A stretch of DNA of 64,000 bases from Acidobacteriota bacterium (GTDB lineage Bacteria; Acidobacteriota; UBA890; WLXD01), in contig CBDFKD010000002.1 of the NCBI GenBank assembly GCA_965248695.1, forward strand, positions 3,936,001 through 4,000,000. Reading direction: 5' to 3'. Every line of letters begins with the position of its first letter. Position 1 is the first letter of the stretch. The notes beneath the pieces were generated by a model, which had not been told where the DNA came from, ran no database searches, and saw only the letters and a program-made list of their open reading frames with translations. Of the stretch, positions 21,074-31,061 are shown in pieces. A program made the position numbers and the translations under genes.

Positions 21074-22885
21074 ATGAGCGAACCGACAGAGCGTCAAGGG
21101 GATGCGGCGACACCGCCCCTGCTGGTCGTCGACGACGCAGCCTCGATCCGAGTGATGGTCCGGGTAGCGATGGAGGCTATGGGCTTGCGCGTCGAGGAAG
21201 CGGCGAGCGGCGACGCGGCGCTCACCATGCTCGATGACCTGAGACCCGAGCTAATCCTCCTCGACGTGTCGATGCCTGGCACCGACGGTATCGAGGTCTG
21301 CCGCCTGCTGCGCTCGAGAGAGGTCTTCGAGCGCTTGCCGATCATCATGATGACCGGGCACGACGACGGCGATTCGATCGCCCGGGCCCACCAGGCGGGT
21401 GCGACCGACTTTATCGTCAAGCCGCTGAACTTGGAGCTACTGAAGCACCGCGTGCGCTATGCGATACGCGCGAGCAAGGACTCCCGGGCTCTTGCTAACG
21501 CTCAGCGGGCTGCGACCCATCTGGCACTTCACGACACTCTCACCGGTCTGCCGAACCGCAGGCACTTCGATCAGAGTCTGTCGCAGGCGATGGCGGATGC
21601 GAGGCGAACCGATCGGTGCGTCGGGGTCCTGTACTTCGACCTCGACGGCTTCAAGCGGGTCAACGACAACTTCGGACATGATGTCGGCGATCAGGTGCTC
21701 GAGACGGTCGCCGCGCGGGTTCGCAGATGTCTGAGAATCACCGACGGTGTGAGCCGGGTCGGGGTGGGCGAGAAGTCGAGCGTATCGCGGCTCGGGGGTG
21801 ACGAGTTCACCGTACTTGTCGAGGACATAGGTCACCGCCGCGACTTGGTGGAGATCGTCCGACGGGTGCAAACCGTGGTGGCCCAACCGATCCACATAAG
21901 TGAGGCTCAAACTGTGCAGCTGACGCCCAGCATCGGGATCAGCGTGTACCCGCACGACGGCGATACAGTCGAGGCGCTACTGAAGAACGCCGACTTGGCG
22001 ATGTACCACGCCAAGCGCGAAGGATGGAACAACGTACAGTTCTTCACCGAGCATCTAAACGCCGATCATCTGGATCGCTTGCAAGTGGAAGCTGCGCTTG
22101 TCCGCGCACTCGAGCGAGAGGAGTTCGACCTCCACTACCAGCCGATCTTCGATCTCGCTACCGGTGGCCTCGACGCCATGGAGGCGCTGATCCGGTGGCA
22201 GAGCCCGAAGCTGGGTCGGGTACCCCCCGGTCGGTTCGTGCGCGTGGCCGAAGAGATCGGCCTCATGGTGCCGATTGGCGAATGGGTGGTTCGATCGGCG
22301 TGTGCGCAGTCCCGAGCATGGCGAGATCAAGGCCACGGCGAGATCTGCGTTGCGGTGAACCTCTCCGGCGCGCAGGTCCGCCACCCTCGCTTGGTCAAAA
22401 CGGTACGCGAGATCCTCGAAGAGCACGCTCTCTGTCCGGGCTCCTTGCAGATCGAGATGACCGAGGGCGTGCTCATGGACCACATGGAGTTCGAGGGCGG
22501 CGCGCTCGACGAGCTGAGGGATTACGGTGTGCGCCTGGCGCTCGACGACTTCGGCACCGGGTATTCTTCGCTCAGCTGTTTGCACCGTCTGAAGCCAGAC
22601 ATTGTCAAGATAGATGGCTCCTTCATTCGCGACATCGACACCGACGAGGACGGTCGGTGCATCGTGTCGGCACTCTTGATGATGGCCAGGACGCTCGGGC
22701 TCCGGGTGGTTGCCGAGGGTGTGGAACACCGTTCACAGCTTGACTACTTGCGCGGTCAAGGCTGCCATGCGGCCCAGGGATTCCTGCTGGGACGTCCTCG
22801 GCCGGCTTCCGCTCAGCTCAGGGCCGAGTTGGGTGACTGGGATGCCGGCCGCGGGCGACCCAAACAGGGTGTGGTGGCCGCCTGA
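21074..22885 (+). CDS. Response regulator diguanylate cyclase/phosphodiesterase (REC-GGDEF-EAL)
   Basis: REC VVDD/LLDVSMP/KP; HDTLTGLPNR, DLDGFK and RLGGDEF; EALIRW, DDFGTGYSS and AEGVE. Confidence 0.95.
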   Translation: MSEPTERQGDAATPPLLVVDDAASIRVMVRVAMEAMGLRVEEAASGDAALTMLDDLRPELILLDVSMPGTDGIEVCRLLRSREVFERLPIIMMTGHDDGDSIARAHQAGATDFIVKPLNLELLKHRVRYAIRASKDSRALANAQRAATHLALHDTLTGLPNRRHFDQSLSQAMADARRTDRCVGVLYFDLDGFKRVNDNFGHDVGDQVLETVAARVRRCLRITDGVSRVGVGEKSSVSRLGGDEFTVLVEDIGHRRDLVEIVRRVQTVVAQPIHISEAQTVQLTPSIGISVYPHDGDTVEALLKNADLAMYHAKREGWNNVQFFTEHLNADHLDRLQVEAALVRALEREEFDLHYQPIFDLATGGLDAMEALIRWQSPKLGRVPPGRFVRVAEEIGLMVPIGEWVVRSACAQSRAWRDQGHGEICVAVNLSGAQVRHPRLVKTVREILEEHALCPGSLQIEMTEGVLMDHMEFEGGALDELRDYGVRLALDDFGTGYSSLSCLHRLKPDIVKIDGSFIRDIDTDEDGRCIVSALLMMARTLGLRVVAEGVEHRSQLDYLRGQGCHAAQGFLLGRPRPASAQLRAELGDWDAGRGRPKQGVVAA

Positions 22886-22920
22886 TCTCGCAGCCAGGGA
22901 CGTCCACAACGCCTCGCCTG

Positions 22921-25650
22921 CTATAGGCCATTGGCGCGTAGCGCCTTGATCGGATTGACGCTTGCGGCACGACGGGCAGGCAAGTAGCTGGCGATGAAGA
23001 CGATCACGCCAAGCGCGGGCGCCACTGCGACGTAGGTCAATGGATCGAGCGGGCTCACTCCGTACAGCACGGCGCTCATCAGCCGTGTCAGCCCGACGGC
23101 GCCGACGAGCCCGATCGCCGCGCCAATCGCCACGACGCTGCCACCCTGCCAGAGGATCATCCGGCTCACATCGCCCGCCTCGGCTCCCAACGCCATGCGT
23201 ACACCGATCTCACCCACACGCTGGCTGACGACGTACGACAGCACGCCGTACACACCGACGGTGCCGAGAGCCAGCCCCACGACACCCGCCGCGACCAGAA
23301 GAACCATCGCAAACGCCGTCGGTGCGCTTGCCTGGTCGACTACCGCCTGCATGGTTCGCAGGTTGGCGACCGGCACGTTCGGATCGAGGTTGCGGACCGC
23401 GCTCCGGACGGCAGGCGCCAGCGCCAATGGCGCCACGTCGGTACGCACGACGAACGTCAGCGCGTGCGGCGGAGCCACGTACGCGTAAGGGCCGAGGAAG
23501 GAAACGTACATGAACTCGGGCGGCGTTTCGGTGAGCCCGTAAGCAATCGTGTTGCCGGCGACGCCGACAACCGTGTACGGATCTTCGTCCGGATAGTCGG
23601 GATGGATGCGTTTCCCGATGGGGCTCTCGCCAGGCCAGATACGTTGGGCAAAGTTAAGGCTGATGACGGCGGCGGCCGGCTTGCTGAGCGGATCCGTCGC
23701 CTGCAGCGCCCGGCCCTCGACGATGGGTATTCTCAGGGCACGGAAGTAGCCGGCGGTGGTGCCGCGGACGTCAACCGATGGTGGAGTTTCGCCTGCTACC
23801 ACCGGGATATCCTCGGCATAGACCGGAGTCCGATTGTCGCAATTGTCAAGCGGCAGGCAGCGGGTCGCTCCGACGGCCAACACGCCCGGAAGCGTCGAGA
23901 TGGTGTCGATGATGCGTTGCTGGAACTGGAACGCTTCCACACGGTCCGGGAATAGCGCCTCCGGTAGCCCCACCTGGAACACGAGCGCCGCGCTGGGGTC
24001 GAAGCCCGGCTCGATGGCCCGCAAATACCAGAACGTCCGAACCATGAGGGCGGCGCCCACCAGCAGGATGAGGGCGAGTGCGACCTGCGCCACCACCAAT
24101 GTGTTGCGTGCCCGATGTCGCTTGCGCCCCGAAGTCGCGGTGCGGCCACCATCCGAGACAAGCCGCGCGACCGGGCCGTCGCGTCGTAGGACGGGTATCA
24201 ATCCGAACACCAGGCCGGCGCCCACGGAGATAGCAGTGGCGAACGTGAGTACGGGGCCGTGGATTCCCACCTCGTGCAATCGCGGGATTGCGCTCGGGAC
24301 CCAGGCGACCGCCCAGCGGATTCCTACGACGGCAAGTGACACGCCGCCGACACCACCCAACAGTCCAAGTAGGAGACTCTCCGCCAGATGATGCCGGATG
24401 ATCTGTGCACGGCTGGCCCCCAGAGCCGCCCGTATCGCTACCTCGTGGCGCTGCACCTCCGCCCGCGTGAGGAACAAGTTGGCAACATTGGCGCAGGCCA
24501 CCCCGAGTACGAATACGACCGTGCCGAGCAGGATCCAAAGCATCCGCTCGACGTTGCCGACGATGGTCTCTCGCAGCGGAGCGACGATCGTGGTGAGTCC
24601 TCCGCCGGTGACGATGAGATCGAACGCCACGGGATTGAATCGCTCCGCCATCGTCGGTATCAGCCGTTCCAGGTCAGCATGAGCTTGCGCCGGCGTGACG
24701 CCTGGCTTTAGCCGACCGATGCCGCCGCGTCCGAAGCCGCCGAGTCTCACGCCCTAGGTGTCGAGCTGCTCCGGTAGCCACACCTGGGTCCGGTCTGACG
24801 GCATGTCGAACGCTGCCGGTAGGATGCCGACGACTTCGACGGGCAGCCCATCGAGCTGTATTGCGCGTCCGACGATGTCCGGGTCGCTGCCGTAGCGGGA
24901 ACGCCACAACTCGTCGCTGATCATCGCAACCCGCGGTGCACCAGGCGCTTGGTCGGAGTCGGCTAGCGCTCGTCCGAGTGCCGGCGGCCCATCGAGGAAG
25001 ATCTCGAAGAAGCCCTGCGTCACCACCGCGCCAGGAATCCGCTGCGCTCCCGCGTCCTCGAGCAATGCGACCGAGCGGTTGGTGTAGAGGGTGATCTCCT
25101 CGAAGGACTGGTTGAGCTCGCGATAGTGCACGTAGGTGCCGTGCGAGATACCCATTAGCGGCAACCCGGCACCTTCCGCGGAGTGTCGGATGGCGACCAG
25201 TCGCTCCGGTTCCGGGTACGGCAGCGGATTGAGAACGACCCCGTGCACCAGGCTGAAGATCGCGGTGTTGGCACCGATTCCAAGCGCCAGCGTCACTACC
25301 GCAGCGGTGGTGAACCCGGGGCTGCGCCGAAGGCGGCGTTGAGCGTAGGCGATATCTGTAAGCAAGCCGTGGCGCCAAGACCCCGCCTCGTCGCGCGGCG
25401 TGAATCGTTCTAGGGCGGCGTAGACGAGGATGTGCGCCACACTGCGGCACCAGAACGCCGCGAACGGGAGTCGTCCACGGGCGCGCGTCTCGGCCGCCTC
25501 GGTAGCGAATGCGAAACGGATACTGGGGCCGAACCGCTGGCGGAAGCGCCCCGGATAGAGTCGCAGCAGCGCCGTATGAGCGCGTTCCGCCCATGATCGT
25601 GGCGCCATTCGAGGGGCCTCGGGGATCTGTTTCGGCCGCGGGCGCCTCAT
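22921..25650 (-). pseudogene. ADOP-type duplicated MacB/FtsX-like ABC permease interrupted by an in-frame TAG (24754-24756)
   Basis: RSPGFT.AAVVTLALGIGANTAIFS, ACANVANL, LVVAQVAL, EIGVRMALGA and PARRAA; ORFs 24754-25650 and 22921-24750 are in one frame (...EQLDT*GVRLGG...). Confidence 0.85.
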
Positions 25651-26015
25651 CGCGACGAATCCCTGTCGGTCAACCCCAGCGCACGGCTTGCCGACAGCAC
25701 CAGCGAAAGACGCTCGGTTTCTGCCGCGAGCACCTCCCGACCGAAGCTCGTCAGCCGATAGTAGGCGCCGCGACGAGGGTCGTCGTCCGCCGGCCGCGAC
25801 GAAGTTTCCTGGACGATTCCGTCATCGATAAGCCTGCGAAGATGCCGGTAGAACGGCCCGGTCTGAAGGCGGATGCGACCGTCGGAGTTCCCACGCACGG
25901 CCTGGATCGCGCCGTAGCCGTGCAGGTCACGTTGCGCCAGCGCCAGAAGGATGTGGAACACCACCGGCTTGAGCGGTAAGTGGCGGTCGACTGGCTGCGA
26001 GGTGCCGTTGGTCAT
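25647..26015 (-). CDS. PadR family transcriptional regulator
   Basis: FHILLAL, HGY, GPFY..L.RL...G and RRGAYYRLT; ATGA-coupled to the ADOP gene. Confidence 0.92.
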   Translation of the reverse strand: MTNGTSQPVDRHLPLKPVVFHILLALAQRDLHGYGAIQAVRGNSDGRIRLQTGPFYRHLRRLIDDGIVQETSSRPADDDPRRGAYYRLTSFGREVLAAETERLSLVLSASRALGLTDRDSSR

Positions 26016-26061
26016 TGTTGCCTCGAGCGGGTGATTGTTTCGAGGACCGTGCGTGTCATCA

Positions 26062-26089
26062 GTACGTTTCATACAGGTACGAAACGTAC
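26062..26089. promoter_or_regulatory. Perfect inverted repeat, probable PadR operator
   Basis: GTACGTTTC-N10-GAAACGTAC with inner TAC-AG-GTA, 47 nt upstream of the padR start in an AT-richer spacer. Confidence 0.65.
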
Positions 26090-26172
26090 CTAAGCTAGTT
26101 TCATCGATCATTAAGCGCAAGTCCGTGCGGTGGTAGCCTGGCGCACGAACCCGGCGGGCCGATCTCGCCACC

Positions 26173-27390
26173 ATGAAAAGCACCACCATCTACTCCAGCC
26201 CTCTCGGAGACGCCGTGCCTGACTCGATCCGCTGGTCCCGACACGTCCTTGGCCTTGCAGTAGCGCTGGTCACCGGGGCGGCTGCCCTGGGAGTAGCGTC
26301 GCAGGACGGCCGGGACAACGGTCTCGACTGGGACCGGCGGGGCGCCGCAGAGTACCTGGACGCGCGCATGGAGATCTGGCTGGACGGCGGGACGCCGCTG
26401 CAGACCGGCGAAGCGACCACGAACTGCGTCTCGTGCCACACGACCTTGCCTTATGCGATGTCCCGCCCGGCTCTCCGCCACGCCATGGGCGTGCAGGCGC
26501 CGACGCCCCAGGAACGTCGACTACTCGAGCAGGTTGTCGCGCGCGTCGAGAGCTACGCGGACCACGAGCTTCTCTACGAGTTCAACGAGATCAAGAAGGT
26601 GGAGTCACGCGGCACCGAGGCGGTCCTCAACGCGGTGATCCTGGCTTCCGCCGGCCGCGGGTTGAACCAGGCCGCCACAGCTGCAGCGTTGCGGCGGCTG
26701 TGGGAGACGCAGCGCGCCGACGGCGCTTGGGACTGGCTGCAGTTCGGGCTGGAGCCGTTCGAGACCGCCGATGCTGTCTACCACGGCGCTGCACTCGCCG
26801 CCCTGGCGGTCGGCAGAGCGGGAACAGACGCGGCGCGCGCGGTACCCGGGGCGGTGGCCGGCGTCGAAAAGCTACGCGGATATCTGCGGGAGACGCTCGA
26901 CGAGCGCACGCTCTTCAACCGTACGTGGGTGCTGCTCGCCTCGACGCAGCTCGACAACTTGCTCACGAAGGCAGAGCAGGAACGTCTGAAGGAGGAGCTG
27001 CAGAAGCGCCAGCGCGACGACGGTGGCTGGTCGCTGTGGTCGCTCGGCGAGTGGCGCTGGAGTGGATCGGCCGCTCCGTACGAGTCTCCCGGCGAGCTGA
27101 ACTACGCATTGCTGGCGGGGTCCGACGGCTACGCCACCGGATTGGTGGTGCACGCGCTTCGAGAAGCAGGCGTGTCGGACAGCCACGCGGTGGTCGACCG
27201 AGGGGTGACATGGCTGCTTGCCAATCAGCAGGCGGTGGCGGTCAACGAGCAGTCGCCGCTTGCCTGGCGGGCCCACTCGCTGAACTTCGATCGAGAGAAC
27301 GGTGGTGAGAAGGGCGAGGCGGTGCGCCGCCTGTTCATGTCGGATCTGGCGACCAGCTTCGCGGTGCTGGCGTTGGCGGGACCCGACTGA
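26173..27390 (+). CDS. Secreted prenyltransferase/squalene-cyclase-repeat (alpha-alpha barrel) protein with CxxCH
   Basis: QW-like repeats (LWETQRADGAW, KRQRDDGGW, WLLANQ), SDGYATG, NCVSCHTT and an N-terminal hydrophobic segment. Confidence 0.7.
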   Translation: MKSTTIYSSPLGDAVPDSIRWSRHVLGLAVALVTGAAALGVASQDGRDNGLDWDRRGAAEYLDARMEIWLDGGTPLQTGEATTNCVSCHTTLPYAMSRPALRHAMGVQAPTPQERRLLEQVVARVESYADHELLYEFNEIKKVESRGTEAVLNAVILASAGRGLNQAATAAALRRLWETQRADGAWDWLQFGLEPFETADAVYHGAALAALAVGRAGTDAARAVPGAVAGVEKLRGYLRETLDERTLFNRTWVLLASTQLDNLLTKAEQERLKEELQKRQRDDGGWSLWSLGEWRWSGSAAPYESPGELNYALLAGSDGYATGLVVHALREAGVSDSHAVVDRGVTWLLANQQAVAVNEQSPLAWRAHSLNFDRENGGEKGEAVRRLFMSDLATSFAVLALAGPD

Positions 27391-27445
27391 GCGTCATGTC
27401 AGGCCACTAGGCCTCGTAGCCGTTGGGACTGTGCGTGACCAGAGC

Positions 27446-29944
27446 CTACTGTCCAGCGTCTCCACCACCCTCCGAGATCTCACCGCGGGGCGGCCCGTGC
27501 AGGACGTGTCGATCGAGGAACTCAGACTGCTCCCAGAGCATGTGCAGGATCGACTCGCGGGCGCGATAGCCGTGGCTCTCGTGCGGCAGCATCACCAGCC
27601 GCGCGGAGGCGCCGTGCCCCTGAAGGGCGGCGTAGAAGCGCTCGCTCTGCACCGGGAACGTGCCCGAGTTGTTGTCGGCCATTCCGTGGATCATCAGGAT
27701 CGGCTCGTCGACCTTTTCGGCGTGCATGAACGGTGACATGGCGAAGTACACCTCCGGTGCCTCCCAGAAGGTGCGCTCCTCCGACTGGAAGCCGAACGGC
27801 GTCAGCGTCCGGTTGTAGGCGCCGGACCGTGCGATCCCGGCGCGGAACAGGTCGGAATGGGCCAGCAGGTTGCCAGTCATGAAGGCGCCGTACGAGTGCC
27901 CGCCGATGGCGATGCGATCGGGATCGGTGATGCCGCGATCGACCATCGCCTTGACGGCGGCGGCGGCGCCGGCGACGAGCTGGTCACGATAGCCATCGTT
28001 GGGCTCCGCGTCGCCCTCGCCGATGATCGGTAGCTTCGGATCGTCGAACACCGCCCACCCCTGCGTGAGCATCGGCAGGGCGCCCCAGTAGCTCATGCGG
28101 GTGAACTCGTAGGGCGAGTCCTGTACCTGGCCGGCGAAGCTGGCGTCCTTGAACTCGATCGGGTAGGCCCACATCAGCATCGGCAGCGGACCGTTGCCCT
28201 CGTCGTGGCCCGGCGGAAGGTAGAGCGTGCCGGTGAGCTGCACGCCGTCGGCGCGCTCGTAGTGCACCAGCTCCTTGGTGACGCCGGCGAGCTGCGGTGT
28301 CGGGTGCGGGAAGTTGGTGACGCGCTCCAGGCTGTCGGCGTCGAGGTCCCTGACGAAGTAGTTGGGCGGCTCGTCGATCGATTCACGACGCGTGAGCAGG
28401 CGGTTGCCGGTGCCGTCCAGCAGGGCCACCGGTACCTCGTAGTAGGGTGCCTCGGAGCGCCACAGGCGCGTGCTCTCGCCGCTGCCCAGGTCGAGGCGGT
28501 CGACGAACGGGCGGTTGCCTTCGGCAGAGGCGCCCTGTCCGACCAGGAATAGCGCCGCGCCGTCGTCGGAAGCCGACAGCACCCAGCCCCGGTCGGTGCG
28601 CTCAGTCAGCGGCCGCCCGCGGTCGCTGTAGCGGTCCTCAGAGGAGCGGCTCCAGAGAAGCTCCGGGGTCGCGTCCGAGTCGGGCCGTACCACCCAGGTC
28701 TGCATCTGGCGATTGCGTCGCCAGTACTCGGTCACCAGCGCCAGGTTGCCGCTGCCCCACTGCACGTCGCGAACGCGCGCCCCCAGATCGGCCACCGGGC
28801 GCGGGTCGCCCTCGAACGGTGCCGACAGGGTCAGCAATCGGTCACGCACCGGGCTGTCCACCCGGGAGTCGCCGCCGTCCTGGGCTTCCACCCAGTGGAG
28901 CGTGGCATCGGCGCCATCGCGCCAACCGACCGAGCGCGGGCCGGCGGTTACGGAATCGAACCCCGGGGGCACTTCGTCGGCCAGGGGTAGATCAGCGACG
29001 GTATGTACCCCGGTTCCGTCCTTCGCCCACACCTCGATGCGGCGCGCGAAGCGACGCACCGGCACGGTGTACGAGAACGGTCGCTGGATGGTCTCCACCA
29101 ACAGAAACTCTCCGTCCGGCGACGGCTCGGCGCGGCTGATCAGACCTCCGGCGCCTATCTCCTCGAGGCCACCATCGAGCCTGACGATCGCCACCCGGGC
29201 GCTCAGGAAATGCTCGAAGAGCGCCTCGTCGTGGGCGTCGGCGAGAAGGTCCTGATAGGTGCGTGCCTGCGCCTCGCGGCCGCTGCTCTGCTGGATCACC
29301 GGTCCCTTGGGAGCGAGCGCACGCTCGGGCGCGGCGCCGCGGTCTGCGGGGATCACGCGTGCGATCAGCGCGCTGCTGGTGTTGTCCCACAGGAAGGGCC
29401 GCCCGTACGCGCCGTTGAGACGCGGCCCGACGAGTCGTCGCGCCGTCGCCTGAGTCACATCCGCAAGCCACAGCTCGATGCCGCCGGCGGCGCGATGGGT
29501 GAAGGCGATCCAGGCGCCGTCCGGGGACCACGACAGGTTCCCCAGGTGGGCGGCCGCCGGCAAGCCGCTGACCGGTATCTCAGCACCGTCCGACAGACGG
29601 CGGATTGTCAGACCCGCGTAGTAGCGGTCGCGGCTGGGGCCGTTGGTGCGCGGGTTGATCCGCAATCCGGCGATGCGCAGCTCCGGCTGCGCCATGTCGG
29701 CGATTGTCCCCAGCGAAGGGACCGACATGAGGACGATGTGATCGCGGTCAGGGCCGACTGCCACCAGCGGGGTGTTGGGAGCGTCCACCAGCGCCGCCAG
29801 CTCGGGCGCCGGCGTTTGGTAGACGGCATCGGTCGACATCTGCTGCTGGGCGCTGGCGGCGACAGCGAGACCGGCCGTCAGCAGCAGCGCGAGTGACGCT
29901 ACCCGGATCGTCTCAACTACTCGGAGCGGGTGTATTGGACGCAT
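27446..29944 (-). CDS. Secreted S9 peptidase (S9D glutamyl-endopeptidase-like)
   Basis: LRINPRTNGPSR, RTYQDLL, WAYPIEF, GGHSYGAFMT, YNRTLTPFGFQ, DNNSGT and ESHGY. Confidence 0.92.
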   Translation of the reverse strand: MRPIHPLRVVETIRVASLALLLTAGLAVAASAQQQMSTDAVYQTPAPELAALVDAPNTPLVAVGPDRDHIVLMSVPSLGTIADMAQPELRIAGLRINPRTNGPSRDRYYAGLTIRRLSDGAEIPVSGLPAAAHLGNLSWSPDGAWIAFTHRAAGGIELWLADVTQATARRLVGPRLNGAYGRPFLWDNTSSALIARVIPADRGAAPERALAPKGPVIQQSSGREAQARTYQDLLADAHDEALFEHFLSARVAIVRLDGGLEEIGAGGLISRAEPSPDGEFLLVETIQRPFSYTVPVRRFARRIEVWAKDGTGVHTVADLPLADEVPPGFDSVTAGPRSVGWRDGADATLHWVEAQDGGDSRVDSPVRDRLLTLSAPFEGDPRPVADLGARVRDVQWGSGNLALVTEYWRRNRQMQTWVVRPDSDATPELLWSRSSEDRYSDRGRPLTERTDRGWVLSASDDGAALFLVGQGASAEGNRPFVDRLDLGSGESTRLWRSEAPYYEVPVALLDGTGNRLLTRRESIDEPPNYFVRDLDADSLERVTNFPHPTPQLAGVTKELVHYERADGVQLTGTLYLPPGHDEGNGPLPMLMWAYPIEFKDASFAGQVQDSPYEFTRMSYWGALPMLTQGWAVFDDPKLPIIGEGDAEPNDGYRDQLVAGAAAAVKAMVDRGITDPDRIAIGGHSYGAFMTGNLLAHSDLFRAGIARSGAYNRTLTPFGFQSEERTFWEAPEVYFAMSPFMHAEKVDEPILMIHGMADNNSGTFPVQSERFYAALQGHGASARLVMLPHESHGYRARESILHMLWEQSEFLDRHVLHGPPRGEISEGGGDAGQ

Positions 29945-30010
29945 GGCGGAGCCTCCACGGTAGCAAGAGTCTGGCGTGTTCTGACTGTGAGGAGCGCGGC
30001 GCATGTCACC

Positions 30011-30859
30011 TTACTCGCTGTGGCTCACGAGGACCCGGTGAATCGCCTTGACCGTGACCTTGGTGCGGAATTCGATCAGCCGACGACCATGTTCGAGCGC
30101 TTTGCCGAGCGGCGAGATGCTGATGTCGTTGATCGTCGCCTTGCCGGCCTGCAGGCGCTGTTCGAAGCGCACGTGTTGCGGATCATCGTTCATGATGATC
30201 GTGGTGATGAAGTAGTCGTCGTGCAGGCCTTCAAGCCTGGGATCCTCGTCGACCCCGAGAACGTCACGCTGGTAGGTCTCCACGTCACCGTAGTTGTAGT
30301 ACTCGGGGATGTGGGCAACGACCACGCCGGCACCAGCCCAGTCAGCCGACAGCTCTTCCGCCACCGCCGCCATGCCACGCGTGTTGCCGCCGCTGTCGCC
30401 CAGAATGAAGATGCGGGTGAATCCCTGCGCCTTGAGGCTGGTGGCGTAGTCGCGTAGCACGGCACGGTAGGTTTCCTGCGAGTAGCGAATGCCACCAGGA
30501 CTGCTAGCAGTCTCCGGGTTGCCGGGCTCGATGGTCACGATCGGAGCCACCAGCGTGTTGCCCAGACGCCGTGCGATGGCGTCGCCCATGACGCGCAATA
30601 CGTGGTTGTGCTTGCCGGTGGTGAGATAGGGCCCGTTCTCTTCGATGCCGCCGGTGAGGATGAGCGCGGTGTCGGTGCCGGTTGCAAGCAGGTCGCGCAC
30701 CTCGAGCATGGTCAGCTCCTCGATCCAGACGCTGTCGAGCATCGCGATCGGCCGCTCAAACGTCATCATGTCCTTGCGGTTGTCCTGCTGCGCAGAAAGC
30801 GTCGCTGTCAGGCCCAGGCAGATGACCAGCGTGGTCGAGGTGGAAAGCTGTGTCCTCAT
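30011..30859 (-). CDS. Secreted creatininase-family protein
   Basis: IEELT..EVRD, TGGIEENGPYL and GDSGGN (cf. NGHGGN); signal peptide; AGGAGG RBS. Confidence 0.8.
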   Translation of the reverse strand: MRTQLSTSTTLVICLGLTATLSAQQDNRKDMMTFERPIAMLDSVWIEELTMLEVRDLLATGTDTALILTGGIEENGPYLTTGKHNHVLRVMGDAIARRLGNTLVAPIVTIEPGNPETASSPGGIRYSQETYRAVLRDYATSLKAQGFTRIFILGDSGGNTRGMAAVAEELSADWAGAGVVVAHIPEYYNYGDVETYQRDVLGVDEDPRLEGLHDDYFITTIIMNDDPQHVRFEQRLQAGKATINDISISPLGKALEHGRRLIEFRTKVTVKAIHRVLVSHSE

Positions 30860-31061
30860 CGGGAGTCCTCCTGCGGTGTCGACAGACGGGATTGTGCTGC
30901 GCAGATTATCGCGACGTTGAGTTGATCAGGTTATCGTGGTCGCCGGCGGATTACCCGCGAGGGCGGGCTGGCTGGTTAGCGCAGGCGGCACACCTGTACC
31001 GGGCCGACCGGTGCAGCACGAATCGGCCGTCCCCGGCCTCGATCTCTGCAGGAGGCAGAAA

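Noticed and set aside
24754-24756. Pyrrolysine or amber recoding
   Set aside because: TAG terminates many intact genes in the window, and no pyl genes or tRNA are seen.
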